A DNA stretch of 64,000 nt, taken from assembly GCA_945874455.1 (NCBI GenBank), contig CAMCHO010000005.1, positions 826 to 64,825 of the forward strand, given 5' to 3'. The translations under genes and the position numbers were made by a program. The stretch's first letter is position 1. Each line of letters begins with the position of its first letter. Below the pieces are notes generated by a model, which was not told where the DNA came from, did no database searches, and saw only the letters and a program-made list of their open reading frames with translations. This DNA comes from Opitutus sp. GAS368 (GTDB taxonomy: Bacteria; Verrucomicrobiota; Verrucomicrobiia; Opitutales; Opitutaceae). This document shows, piece after piece, positions 36,638 through 46,686 of this stretch.

Positions 36638-37528
36638 TCAAAAATTGGTCATCCGGTCGGCGACGAGCGCACCGAGGACGAGCGGGAGATACGCGAGCGA
36701 GCAGCGGAATAGTTTGCGAGCGGCGACGTCGCGGCCGTCGGCTCGCAGGAAAACGATGGCGCGCCAGACGAACCACGCCCCGCCGATGGCGGCGGCCAGA
36801 CCGTAAGCCCATGAGGCGAATCCGAGGTAAACGGGGAGCAAACTCACCGCGACGAGGGCGAACGTATTGAAGAGGGACCAGGCAGCGGCTTTGCCGCCGG
36901 CTTCGTCGCGCACGGGCAACATCGGAAAATGCACGACCGAGTAGTCGCGGCGGTAAATCCACGCGATGGCCATGAAGTGGGGGATTTGCCAAAAAAACAG
37001 GATTCCGAAGAGAATCCAACCGAGTGTGGTGACGCGACCTTCGCCAGCGGCCCAGCCGATGAGCGGAGGAAACGCGCCGGCAAGCGCCCCGATCTCGGTG
37101 CTCCAAATTGACCAGCGTTTCGCCGGGGTATACCAACCGAGATATGCGAAAATGGTGAGGAGCGTGAAAAGGCAGGCGGGAAGATTAACCTTCGCGAAGA
37201 GAAGAAATAACGAGGCGATGCACATCAAGGCGCCGACCACGAACGCGGAGCCGGACGCGATTTTGCCTGAGGGGATCGGGCGGTCGGCCGTGCGCTGCAT
37301 CTGCGCATCGGTGTCGCTTTCCAGCCACTGGTTCAGCGCGGCGACGCCGCCGGCGGCGAGGGAGGTGGCCAGCAGCACGAAGAAAAGTTTTGTCGGGTTG
37401 GACGGCGGGCGCGTGGCCAAGTAACCGACGAGCGCGGTCAGTACCGAGAGTAGGCTGAGCCGGGGTTTCGTGAGGTCGAGATAGTCCCGGAATTTCGCGG
37501 GGGTGGTGGGCGCGGCTGCGATGGTCAT
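36638..37528 (-). CDS. ctaB: Protoheme IX farnesyltransferase (heme O synthase)
   Basis: I place the start at MTIAAAPTTPAKFRDYLDLTKPRLS. It has a UbiA-family layout (ADRPIPSG and FFWQIPHF). Its ATG overlaps the ctaA stop (ATGA at 37525-37528). Confidence 0.9.
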   Translation of the reverse strand: MTIAAAPTTPAKFRDYLDLTKPRLSLLSVLTALVGYLATRPPSNPTKLFFVLLATSLAAGGVAALNQWLESDTDAQMQRTADRPIPSGKIASGSAFVVGALMCIASLFLLFAKVNLPACLFTLLTIFAYLGWYTPAKRWSIWSTEIGALAGAFPPLIGWAAGEGRVTTLGWILFGILFFWQIPHFMAIAWIYRRDYSVVHFPMLPVRDEAGGKAAAWSLFNTFALVAVSLLPVYLGFASWAYGLAAAIGGAWFVWRAIVFLRADGRDVAARKLFRCSLAYLPLVLGALVADRMTNF

Positions 37529-38520
37529 GGTGCGGGAGAACGTTGCTGGAGGGTATCGCGATGGGCTGTCCACGTGAGCCAAAACGTCGTCGCGAGGATG
37601 AGTGCGCCGATGATGACATGGGCGGTCGTCACATCGGAGCGGCGGAACGTCCAGATGATCTGGGCACCGAGGAAAATTTGCAGTGCGAGGAGACTGATCA
37701 ACGCGGAGGCGGCAGCGCGCATGGGCAGCGTGGAAGCGCGGTCGCGGCGGACGAAAATGACGAGTACGGCCAACGCAACGGTGAGCACGAGAGCCATGCT
37801 GCGGTGCGTAAATTGGAGTGCCACGCGGAAATCCCACTGGGGAGGCAACAGCGCATTTTGCGCGGTGGAGTAGGGGAAGAAGGGGATGGCGAGGCCGGCG
37901 TTGTTGTGACGAATAAACACAGCAATGGTCAATTGTACGAGCAGCAGGGCGGTGCAGATGAGAGCGGTGCGGCGCACGCGGGGGCTGATTGCGAGGGGTT
38001 GCTCAATCCATGATTTCGAGCAGGCGGCGGCAATCGCGATCAGGATGCAGATATAGAGTTGTGCCAGGACGCCGTGGGGCACGCGCAGCATCTGGCCGAG
38101 CGACATTGCGAACCCCGGGACATGGGTGGCATCGAGCAAGACACGTTGTCCGCCGATGACGCCTTGGAGACCGACGATCACGAGACCGAGCCAACCGAGG
38201 CGGCGCAACCATGCCCGGGATTCTGTGCGGTGGAGCCAGATCGCAAGGGCGATGGCGATGAGCCCCATCGTGGCGCCGGACAGGCGATGCGAATGTTCGG
38301 CGAACATCGCGATATCGTTGAGCCAACCGGCGGGGTTCACCGAGCCATTCGAGAGCGGCCAATCCACGAAGGCCATCCCGGCTCCGATACTCGTTGTGAA
38401 CGCTCCCAAGGCGACGAGAACGAACACCCACACGCTCGCGAAGGCGGCGAAAACCGCGAGCCGAGGCTGGTGCGTGGCAGTACGTGGAGGGTGGGAAGAC
38501 AGGGCCATAAATAATTTCAC
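37525..38520 (-). CDS. ctaA: Heme A synthase (COX15/CtaA)
   Basis: It is polytopic with conserved His-containing helices (AEHSHRLSG and QFTHRSMA), and its N-terminus shows TTSIGAGMAFVDWP. Confidence 0.85.
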   Translation of the reverse strand: MKLFMALSSHPPRTATHQPRLAVFAAFASVWVFVLVALGAFTTSIGAGMAFVDWPLSNGSVNPAGWLNDIAMFAEHSHRLSGATMGLIAIALAIWLHRTESRAWLRRLGWLGLVIVGLQGVIGGQRVLLDATHVPGFAMSLGQMLRVPHGVLAQLYICILIAIAAACSKSWIEQPLAISPRVRRTALICTALLLVQLTIAVFIRHNNAGLAIPFFPYSTAQNALLPPQWDFRVALQFTHRSMALVLTVALAVLVIFVRRDRASTLPMRAAASALISLLALQIFLGAQIIWTFRRSDVTTAHVIIGALILATTFWLTWTAHRDTLQQRSPAP

Positions 38521-38591
38521 CCTATACCAGAAGCCCTGGAACTGTCGTCCGCAAACCCTTTGACAAAGTTATCTGCGAGCGAATCCGTAGT

Positions 38592-39551
38592 GTGATGAAA
38601 TCTTATGCCTCAGCCAGGTGGGTCGGTGCGACGTGGTCGCTCGGCCTCGTGGCGTGCTCGCAAGGAGAGAAGTCGGTGGACGTTAACGCGGCGGCCCGAG
38701 CGCCGACGACGGTGGCGTCAGCGTCGGTCCAGGCGGGTAGGGTGGTGGAAAAAGGGGCGGCGGCAGAGCGCTATCCGCTGACGGGCGTGATCGTCTCGGT
38801 GGACTTGGCGAAGAAGGTGCTCGTGGTGTTTCATGACGAGATCAAGGGCTACATGCCGGCGATGACCATGGAGTTTTTGGTTTCGAGCGGCGATGCGGCC
38901 GTGGCGAAGGCGGGGCAAAAGATTCGGGCGGAAATGATCCCGAGCAAGGCCGGCGATTTTCGGTTGGAGAAGATTTGGCCGAACGACATGGCGCCGACGG
39001 GGGCGGTGGCGGCGGGGGCGATGCAGTTGAGGCAGGATACGTTTACGCGCGGCAAGAACGCCTATCGCGAGATTGGCGAGGCGATCCCGGATTTTTCGCT
39101 CTATGATCAAAACGGAGGGGTGGTGCAGAGCGGGCGATTTCGCGGGAAGATGGTGATGATCAATTTCATTTTCACGCGTTGTCCGGTGGCGACGATGTGC
39201 CCGGCCTCGACGACGAAAATGATCTCCGCGCAGACGTTGGCGGCCGAAGCGGGCGCGAAGGAAATCGAGTTTGTGTCGATCACGCTGGAGCCGGCCTACG
39301 ATACACCCGGAGTCTTGAAGGAGTATGCGGTGGCGCGAGGGATTGATACGCGGAATTTTTCCTTGCTCACCGGGCCGGAGGCGGCGGTGCGGGATTTGCT
39401 GACACAGTTTGGGGTGATCGCGGAACTCAAGGGTGACCTTTTGCAACACACGCTCACGACATTGCTGATCGGCGAGGATGGGAAAATCGTCCATCGCGCT
39501 GATGGTAGCGCGTGGGAGCCGAGGGAATTTGTGGAGAGGATGCGGCGGTGA
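38592..39551 (+). CDS. SCO1/SenC copper chaperone with an N-terminal CusF-like Cu(I)-binding domain
   Basis: The N-terminal domain VLVVFHDEIKGYMPAMTMEF parallels the CusF His/Met-Met site. The C-terminal thioredoxin fold carries the CxxxC motif FTRCPVATMCP and a downstream His (LLQHT). Confidence 0.8.
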   Translation: MMKSYASARWVGATWSLGLVACSQGEKSVDVNAAARAPTTVASASVQAGRVVEKGAAAERYPLTGVIVSVDLAKKVLVVFHDEIKGYMPAMTMEFLVSSGDAAVAKAGQKIRAEMIPSKAGDFRLEKIWPNDMAPTGAVAAGAMQLRQDTFTRGKNAYREIGEAIPDFSLYDQNGGVVQSGRFRGKMVMINFIFTRCPVATMCPASTTKMISAQTLAAEAGAKEIEFVSITLEPAYDTPGVLKEYAVARGIDTRNFSLLTGPEAAVRDLLTQFGVIAELKGDLLQHTLTTLLIGEDGKIVHRADGSAWEPREFVERMRR

Positions 39552-40534
39552 GCACGCCACGCGAATCGACCGGGAAGCTCGGCCCGCAACAGCGGACGCA
39601 GGTCGCGTGGATCACGGCGGCGGCGTTAGCGGTGTTTGTGGGGATGCGCTTTCTGCCGACGGGCACCAATCTGAATCACATGGATTTCCGGGTGAGTGGG
39701 CAGAACGCGATCGAGTTTTGCGATCCCTCCAATCCGCAATTTATCCCGGTGGTGGCGGTGCGCTCGCCGGTCGCGATGACGGTGCGCTGGGACCCGGTGT
39801 TGGCGTCCGGGCAAAAACTGCGCCCGGGGTTCGACCTGCAGGCCGACAAAGAAGGGCGGAACACGGTGATGTTGCGCACGGCGAACGGTAAGGCGATCGA
39901 GTCGCAGGACTTGCTTGTCGCCCACACGAGGAAATTGCATCTCCTGATCGTCGATCCGACACTGGAAGACTATCAGCATGTGCACCCGGAGCCGGGGCGC
40001 GCGCCGGGAGAATGGACGTTTTCGTATACGCCGCACCGCGGAGGGACGTATCGGGTGTTTGCGGATTTTACGCCGGCGGCGACGGGGCGCGGACTCTATG
40101 CGAGTGCGGACCTTGAAGTGGCCGATGATCGCTTGCGGATCATCAGCCCCACGCGACCGGCGGTGCCCGGGACGTTTCCGTTGCGGGCGGAGAAAAAGGA
40201 GTTTCGTTTTTTGCTCGATGCGGTGGTGACGCCGCTGCGGGCGGGGCAACCGGCGGATTTGAAATTCTCAGTGGCGCGGCACGATGGTGGCGTCGTGGTG
40301 ATGGAGCCGGTGATGGGGGCCTACGCGCACCTCGTGGCGTTTGACGAAGCTCGGAGCGGATTTGCGCACCTCCATCCCGTCGAGGCTGATTTGACGAAAA
40401 AACCGGACGCGATCCGACCGGAGCTGAGTTTCAAAATCATGATTCCGAGCGCAGGTCGGTATGTGATCTGGGCGCAAGTGAACCTGGACGGCAGTGAGGT
40501 GTTCGCGCCGTTTTGGTTTGAGGTAGTGAAGTGA
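39548..40534 (+). CDS. Hypothetical membrane-anchored periplasmic protein with two HxHP-containing repeats
   Basis: A possible GTG start overlaps the SCO stop (GTGA). There is one TM helix (VAWITAAALAVFVGM). Two similar modules follow, LHLLIVDPTLEDYQHVHPEPG...GTYRVFADF and AHLVAFDEARSGFAHLHPVEA...GRYVIWAQV. Confidence 0.55.
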   Translation: MSTPRESTGKLGPQQRTQVAWITAAALAVFVGMRFLPTGTNLNHMDFRVSGQNAIEFCDPSNPQFIPVVAVRSPVAMTVRWDPVLASGQKLRPGFDLQADKEGRNTVMLRTANGKAIESQDLLVAHTRKLHLLIVDPTLEDYQHVHPEPGRAPGEWTFSYTPHRGGTYRVFADFTPAATGRGLYASADLEVADDRLRIISPTRPAVPGTFPLRAEKKEFRFLLDAVVTPLRAGQPADLKFSVARHDGGVVVMEPVMGAYAHLVAFDEARSGFAHLHPVEADLTKKPDAIRPELSFKIMIPSAGRYVIWAQVNLDGSEVFAPFWFEVVK

Positions 40535-40651
40535 GCTGGCGCGGACCGGCTGAAGGTGGGACTACCCAATCGGACGGCGAGCGCTCGTTCGCTACTCGGG
40601 AGAGCGAACACGTTTGCTCCGCACCACGGCGACGAAGCGCGGCGCAGGCTC

Positions 40652-41422
40652 TCAAAATTTCAGGTGCTTTACGGTCACGCCCTTGTTGATGAGTTGTTTT
40701 AGCGAGGCGATGCCGATCTTGAGGTGATCGTTGACGTAGGTTTCGTCGATCTGTTTGTCGCTCGCGGCGGTCTTGATGCCTTCGGGCGTCATCGGTTGGT
40801 CGGACACGAGCAGGAGGGCGCCGGTCGCGATCTCGTTATAAAAACCGGTGATGAAAATCGTGGCTGTCTCCATATCGATCGCGAGGGCCCGGATTTTTTT
40901 TAAATATTCTTTGAAGACCTCGTCGTGTTCCCAGACGCGCCGGTTGGTGGTGTAGACGGTGCCGGTCCAGTAATCGCGCGAGAAATCGCGGATGGTGGTC
41001 GAGATGGCTTTTTGGAGTGCGAACGCAGGGAGCGAGGGCACCTCGGGAGGGAAGTAGTCGTTGCTCGTGCCCTCGCCGCGGATGGCGGCGATGGGGAGGA
41101 TCAAGTCGCCGAGCTCGGCACGGTGCTTGAGTCCGCCGCATTTGCCGAGGAAGAGGACGGCCTTGGGTTGGATCGCGCTGAGGAGATCCATCACGGTGGC
41201 AGCGGTGGCGCTGCCCATGCCAAAATTAATGATCGTGATTTCGCCGGAGGTGGCGCTGGGCATCGGCTTGTCTTGGCCGCAGATGGGAACGCGGTGCCAC
41301 TCGGCGAAGAGGTGGACGTAGCGATCGAAATTAGTGAGGAGAATGTAGTCGCCGAATTCCTTGAGCGGGACGCCCGTGTAACGCGGCAGCCAGTTTTCGA
41401 CGATGTCCTTGCGTGATTTCAT
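40652..41422 (-). CDS. AMP nucleosidase-like / PNP-UDP family nucleosidase (short form)
   Basis: I place the start at MKSRKDIVENWLPRYTG. It shows INFGMGSATAA, LGKCGGL and AIDMETA motifs of the phosphorylase-1 fold. Confidence 0.6.
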   Translation of the reverse strand: MKSRKDIVENWLPRYTGVPLKEFGDYILLTNFDRYVHLFAEWHRVPICGQDKPMPSATSGEITIINFGMGSATAATVMDLLSAIQPKAVLFLGKCGGLKHRAELGDLILPIAAIRGEGTSNDYFPPEVPSLPAFALQKAISTTIRDFSRDYWTGTVYTTNRRVWEHDEVFKEYLKKIRALAIDMETATIFITGFYNEIATGALLLVSDQPMTPEGIKTAASDKQIDETYVNDHLKIGIASLKQLINKGVTVKHLKF

Positions 41423-41609
41423 AGAGCGAGTTTTGCCCACGGAACACACGGAAGACACGGAAAAAGATGCGGCCTGGCGGGTGGGTGCGGGACGTCTGCC
41501 CGGCAGCATCGGCACGGCAGCATCGGCAGAGCTTGCAGACCCGCGGCGCGCGCTCCTCGATGGGGAGCATGAATGTGTTGCGTGATGATGGCAGGACGGA
41601 AAAGCGGAC

Positions 41610-42551
41610 ATGAATGCCCATCAACGGGCTATGGCCGGAGGAGTCGTGTGGGCTGCTTGGGTGGCGTGGCGCGTGCCGAGTTTTCAGCACGAGGCGTGGG
41701 CGCAAGGTTTGTTGTTGTTCGCGGCGCTCGTGTTGGTGCCGTTGGTGTTGGAACTGGCGGCGGAGAACGATGCAGCCGGACGGGTGACGTGGTGGGTGGG
41801 GTGGACGCGCGTGGCGCAATTGCCAGCGGCCGGGTTGCTCGCGTGGGCGTGTGCGCTGCCGGCGGGAGGAGCGGCGGCGCTGGCGGCGGTGCCGTGGGTG
41901 GTGGTGTGCGGAATGATGGCGACGACCGGGTGGTTGCGGGTGAGGCATGGTGGCTGGCGGCGGCCGTTTGACCGATTGTGCGGAGACGCGGCGTTTATCT
42001 TTCTAGGGGTCGGCGGTGCGTGGGTGTTTGCCGATCGGGCGGGACATCGGCCGCTGGGATGTGACGAAACGATCGTGGCGCTAACAGCGGTGCATTTTCA
42101 TTTCGCAGGATTGTTGCTGCCGTTGTCGGCGGGGCTGACGGTGCGGGCGTTTCCGGAATCGCGGCTCGCGACGCGGGCGGCGGTGGGTGCGCTGCTGGGG
42201 GTGCCGGCCGTGGCGGTGGGCATCATCCTGACGCAACTCGGCTGGGGTCCAGCCTTCGAGTCAGCCGCGGGATGCGGACTCGCGCTGGCGGGTGGGGCCG
42301 TGGCGGTGCTGCACGTGCGGTTGGCGATGGAGACGAAGACGGGAACAGGGTTGCAGCGTAGCTTGTTTTTCGTGGCGGGCGTATCGCTGTTTTTCGCGAT
42401 GACGCTGGCGGCTGCCTACGCGGCGCGCGGGTTTTCCGTCACGCCGATGCCCTGGCTCACAGTGCCGTGGATGCGCGCCGTGCATGGCACGGTCAACGCA
42501 CTCGGCTTCGGGCTGTGTGGAGTGTTGGCGTGGGGCCGGGCGTGGCGGTAA
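41610..42551 (+). CDS. Hypothetical polytopic membrane protein (possibly YndJ-like)
   Basis: It has about 8 hydrophobic helices and a TAVHFHFAGLLLP segment. The family guess is weak. Confidence 0.45.
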   Translation: MNAHQRAMAGGVVWAAWVAWRVPSFQHEAWAQGLLLFAALVLVPLVLELAAENDAAGRVTWWVGWTRVAQLPAAGLLAWACALPAGGAAALAAVPWVVVCGMMATTGWLRVRHGGWRRPFDRLCGDAAFIFLGVGGAWVFADRAGHRPLGCDETIVALTAVHFHFAGLLLPLSAGLTVRAFPESRLATRAAVGALLGVPAVAVGIILTQLGWGPAFESAAGCGLALAGGAVAVLHVRLAMETKTGTGLQRSLFFVAGVSLFFAMTLAAAYAARGFSVTPMPWLTVPWMRAVHGTVNALGFGLCGVLAWGRAWR

Positions 42552-42869
42552 AGGGGATCAGAAGGGAACGCTCCTGGTCTTCGCCCATGGGTGAAACGTG
42601 GTCAGCCCCACGGCTCAACGTCGACGGAAACAATCGCTGGAACTGCCCATGGCAGACGAGTACCCGCTCCGGCGACACGTTTGAACGAACCCTTCACCTC
42701 AAACCCTCGAGCTGACCCGTTCGGCCTTTCTGAGGCCGGATGAGAAAAAATTATTTAGGGGAGGGTACGAAATGCTCCGTATTCGTCACACAGGCCGCCT
42801 TGAATTCCCGATACTCGAACACTAGCTACGTCCTGTTGTTTTCATAAAGTTTCAGCGGAAGATGCGACT

Positions 42870-44273
42870 ATGATCCGAAATTTTCTTATCCTCACTTTTT
42901 TCCCGAGTTCACTCGGTTTCCGTGCTTTCATTTTGGCGCTCAGCTTCCTCCTTGGTCTCGCCCGATCTGCCGGCGCCAATGATGCTCCCCCGCCGATCGT
43001 ATTTGTGCACGGTAATGGTGACACCGCCGCACTTTGGCTGACCACGGTTTGGCGCTTCGAGACCAACGGCTGGCCCAGAGATCGCCTTCACGCGCTCGAT
43101 CTCCCATGGCCACTCGCCCGGGACGACGATGCCGTCACGCAGCCCGCCCGTAGTTCTGCGACCGAGCTGGCCCGTCACCTCCAGGCCGAGGTCACACGCG
43201 TTTCGCGGCTGCACGGAGGCGCGAAAGTCGTGATGGTCGGAAATTCCCGCGGCGGTCTCGCCATCCGCAACTACATTGCGAATTTTGACGGCGCGGCCTT
43301 GGTTTCCCACGCCATACTCGGAGGCACGCCCAATCACGGCGTTTGGGCCAATGCCGCCCTGCGACCCGGCAGCGAATTTAATGGAGCAGGCCCCTTCCTC
43401 ACGGCGTTGAATTCCCCGGCGGGTGCCGCGCCAGGAACTGAAGTTACGTCGGGCGTGCAGTGGCTGACCATCCGCTCGGACAAAAACGACAAATTTGCGC
43501 AACCTGACGGCGTCTGGATGGGCGCCAAGGGCATGGCAACCGGCGTAAGCTACGACGGCCCTGCTCTGCGTGGCGCGATCAACGTTATCCTGCCAGATCG
43601 CGATCACCGCGAGGTCAGCTACCATGCCGAAGCATTCGTAGAGACCTACCGTTTCGTGACCGGTCGTGCTCCGGCCACCACCGCGATCGGTTCCGAAGCC
43701 GGCGTCACTTTAAGCGGCACCGTCACGGGTTTCGCTGCGGGCGGCCAGACTAATTTGCCCGTGCCAGGCTCGACGGTGGAGATCTTCGCGGTCGAGCCCG
43801 CCACCGGCGGGCGACTCGGTCCAGCGAACTACCAAGTGACCGTAGGCGACAACGGACACTGGGGTCCTTTCAGAACCAATTCTCGCACCTATCTTGAATT
43901 CGTGATTACCGCTCCCGGCCACGCCATCACTCATATTTATCGCACGCCATTCCCGCGTTCGAGCGACCTGATCCATCTCCGAGCTGAGCGCCCCCTCAAA
44001 CCCGAGGGTCGCCCCGCCGTGCTCATCAACCTGAGCCGGCCGCGGGGATACTTCGGCCTGCCCCGCGATGAGATAATTCTGGATGGAAAAAACCCTCCCG
44101 CAGGAATTCCTCAGGGAGTAGCCGGGGTGTCGACGGTCCGGCTCGAACTTACCGAGGGTGCCGGGCGCCCCGTGGCTGCTAGCTTTCATTCCGGAATCAT
44201 CCGCGAGCAGCTCACGGGTGCAGCTTGGCCAGCCGCAGAGAACCGGATCGTTGTCCTAGAACTTCATTACTGA
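42870..44273 (+). CDS. Secreted alpha/beta hydrolase (lipase/esterase-like) with a C-terminal beta-sandwich extension
   Basis: It has a signal peptide, VFVHGNGDTAALW, and the nucleophile elbow MVGNSRGG. Confidence 0.6.
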   Translation: MIRNFLILTFFPSSLGFRAFILALSFLLGLARSAGANDAPPPIVFVHGNGDTAALWLTTVWRFETNGWPRDRLHALDLPWPLARDDDAVTQPARSSATELARHLQAEVTRVSRLHGGAKVVMVGNSRGGLAIRNYIANFDGAALVSHAILGGTPNHGVWANAALRPGSEFNGAGPFLTALNSPAGAAPGTEVTSGVQWLTIRSDKNDKFAQPDGVWMGAKGMATGVSYDGPALRGAINVILPDRDHREVSYHAEAFVETYRFVTGRAPATTAIGSEAGVTLSGTVTGFAAGGQTNLPVPGSTVEIFAVEPATGGRLGPANYQVTVGDNGHWGPFRTNSRTYLEFVITAPGHAITHIYRTPFPRSSDLIHLRAERPLKPEGRPAVLINLSRPRGYFGLPRDEIILDGKNPPAGIPQGVAGVSTVRLELTEGAGRPVAASFHSGIIREQLTGAAWPAAENRIVVLELHY

Positions 44274-44387
44274 TTTTGGGGCGTTGGGTCACCGTTGGGT
44301 GTCGCGCAAGTAAATTTGCGGTTACAGGAGGCCCTGCGCGTTGACGGAGTGCATCAGGAGTTCCCCTTTCGAATTCTCCATCACACC

Positions 44388-46667
44388 ATGTCCAAATCAT
44401 ACGCCCTCGTGTTACTGTCTGCCATTGCGATGCTGCCCGTCGTGCTAACCGGCGCCGAAGTCGTGGCGCTCGATAAATTTGTAGTTACCTCGCAAAAGCG
44501 CACGGAGGAAATCAAGAACGTGCCCATCGCCGTCACCGCCTACACCGGTGACTTTCTTAGCCGCCTAGGCGTTGGCTCCTTTAAAGATCTCGCGCCGTAT
44601 GTGCCCGGGCTCTTCATTCAAGAGCAGTCGCCCAATAATCCAGGCATCAATGTCCGAGGCGTGACGACCGACAGTGGTAATCCTAGCCAAGAAACGCGCG
44701 TTTCCATTTTTCAGGATGGTGTTTCCATCAGCCGTTCCCGCGGCAGCGTGGTTGAGCTCTTCGACCTCGAACGTGTCGAGGTGCTGAAGGGCCCCCAAGG
44801 CACTCTGTTTGGTCGCGGCGCTCAGATCGGCGCCGTTTCCCTGATACAGAATAAGGCCCAGAACGCTACCCTCGGTCAATTCACCGCCGGCTTTGGCAAT
44901 CTCGGGAAAATCGAAGCTGCGGGTACATACAATACCGTGCTCGCCCCGAACCAACTATTTGCTCGCGTCGCGTTTTCCTACGTGGACCGCGAGGGCTCGA
45001 TTGAAAACGTCGCGGATGGCTCTGATCTCAACGGTAAAAACACTCTCGGGATCCGCACGAGCCTGCGCTGGCAACCTACCCCAGCAACCACCGCCGATTT
45101 TATCGTCAATTACCAGCGCGACCAACCGCCCGGCACCGCTTTCAAGAGCGGCACATTCGCACCTCGCGGCGGCAACACCCGGCCCTTCGACACGGCAGAG
45201 CTCAACCGGGGCGAGGAACTCCGCATTGATCGCACCGTCGTGGGGCTGACCGGAATTGTTAATCACGATATCAACGACGCTCTCACGCTCACCAGCATCA
45301 CAGGCTATCGAGATTTCGACTCCTTCGAAGCCTTCGACGCCGACGGCACGCGGCTCAATATCTTGGAATTCGCCGAGGATTATCTTGGCGAGCAACTCAG
45401 CCAGGAACTCCGTATCAGCTACGATACCCGCGGCCATTTTCGTGGTTTCGCTGGCGTCAGCTACTTTGATGAAAAAGGCTCCGCGCGGGTGCCTTTCTAC
45501 ACCGATGAACGCCAGCTGGCCGCCTTTCTCCTCCGCGGTGCGGGTGTGCCCGTCTTCAATGCTGACGGCACGCCAAATGCGAGCCTGACCGCTAGCCCGG
45601 TTTCCGGTGCTCCGCTTCGCGCGTACAACCGCGAAGAATACACGCAGACTGGAGCGACCCAAGCTTTCGACGTTTTCGTTGATGGCACCTATAAAGTCAC
45701 CGATCGTCTAGAAGTCTCCGCCGGCTTCCGCACTACGTTCGAAGACATCACCACAGGCTACCAGGTGATCAACGCCCTCACACCGGCAGGCTTTCCCACC
45801 AGCGCCGCCAATTTACCCAATACCCTCTTCGCTCCGACCAACGGACTGATCCAAGCCTCACGCGATTATAATTCCTGGGTGTCCCGCGCGGTCGCCCGAT
45901 ACAAGATTAACTCCGATATCAACGCCTTCGCCAGCGCCTCACGCGGCCGCCGGCCCGACACGCTCCTCATCTCATTCGTCGGCGGGCGTTACGTGCCCGT
46001 CGAACTCAAAGAGGAAATCGTCTGGAACTACGAGGTCGGCCTGAAAGGCACGCTGCTCCAAAACCGCCTCAACTGGAGCGCTTCGGTTTTCCATTACGAC
46101 TACGCCAACTTCCAAAGCACCGCCGTAAATCCGACTCCGCCGCCGCTGACGACAACCGTAGATGCCGGCAACGCGACCGGGGAAGGCTTCGAATTCAGCT
46201 TTCAAGGCGTGCTCAATCCGTTCGTCACCGCCTTCGGCACCTTCGGCTACACGGATGCGACCTTCGACGACATCAACGACCGCGGCCAGCGCCAACAACT
46301 CGCCGGCAACACCTTCCGGCTTACCTCACGTCGTACCTATGGCCTCGGCGCCACTTTCTCCCACTCACTCGGCTCCCTCGGTCGTTTTCAGCTAACGCCG
46401 AGCTATCAATACAAGTCGAAGCACTTCTTCGATGACAACAATGCCAACTTCGGCGGCATCCTCAGCCAGGACGGCTTCGGGCTCTGCAATGTTCGCGCCG
46501 CTTTCCTCCCCCAAGGTAGCCGCTGGGAGGTTGTCGCCTACGTCGATAATCTCCTCGGCAAAGACTATATCATCGACGCCGGAAACACCGGTGGAGGCTT
46601 CGGCATCCCCACCTTTATTGCCGGCGATCCCCGACTCTTCGGCGTTCGCGCGACATTCCGTTTCTAA
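44388..46667 (+). CDS. TonB-dependent outer-membrane receptor
   Basis: I place the start at MSKSYALVLLSAIAML (a signal peptide). It has a plug region (IEVLKGPQGTLFGRGA) and a terminal aromatic barrel strand (GVRATFRF). Confidence 0.85.
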   Translation: MSKSYALVLLSAIAMLPVVLTGAEVVALDKFVVTSQKRTEEIKNVPIAVTAYTGDFLSRLGVGSFKDLAPYVPGLFIQEQSPNNPGINVRGVTTDSGNPSQETRVSIFQDGVSISRSRGSVVELFDLERVEVLKGPQGTLFGRGAQIGAVSLIQNKAQNATLGQFTAGFGNLGKIEAAGTYNTVLAPNQLFARVAFSYVDREGSIENVADGSDLNGKNTLGIRTSLRWQPTPATTADFIVNYQRDQPPGTAFKSGTFAPRGGNTRPFDTAELNRGEELRIDRTVVGLTGIVNHDINDALTLTSITGYRDFDSFEAFDADGTRLNILEFAEDYLGEQLSQELRISYDTRGHFRGFAGVSYFDEKGSARVPFYTDERQLAAFLLRGAGVPVFNADGTPNASLTASPVSGAPLRAYNREEYTQTGATQAFDVFVDGTYKVTDRLEVSAGFRTTFEDITTGYQVINALTPAGFPTSAANLPNTLFAPTNGLIQASRDYNSWVSRAVARYKINSDINAFASASRGRRPDTLLISFVGGRYVPVELKEEIVWNYEVGLKGTLLQNRLNWSASVFHYDYANFQSTAVNPTPPPLTTTVDAGNATGEGFEFSFQGVLNPFVTAFGTFGYTDATFDDINDRGQRQQLAGNTFRLTSRRTYGLGATFSHSLGSLGRFQLTPSYQYKSKHFFDDNNANFGGILSQDGFGLCNVRAAFLPQGSRWEVVAYVDNLLGKDYIIDAGNTGGGFGIPTFIAGDPRLFGVRATFRF

Positions 46668-46686
46668 TGCTCTCACTCGGCGCCCG

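Noticed and set aside
36638-37837. Long versions of several ORFs: ctaB (399 aa), amn-like 40652..41611, glpQ 46432.., FucU 48708.., pilT 58641.., pilC 61421.., MBL 22571.., coxII ..33903 and the glycosidase ..12920
   Set aside because: In each case the upstream extension overlaps the neighbouring gene or is compositionally aberrant. An internal start yields a native-looking N-terminus (a signal peptide or a conserved first motif). The shorter coordinates are reported in the feature list.
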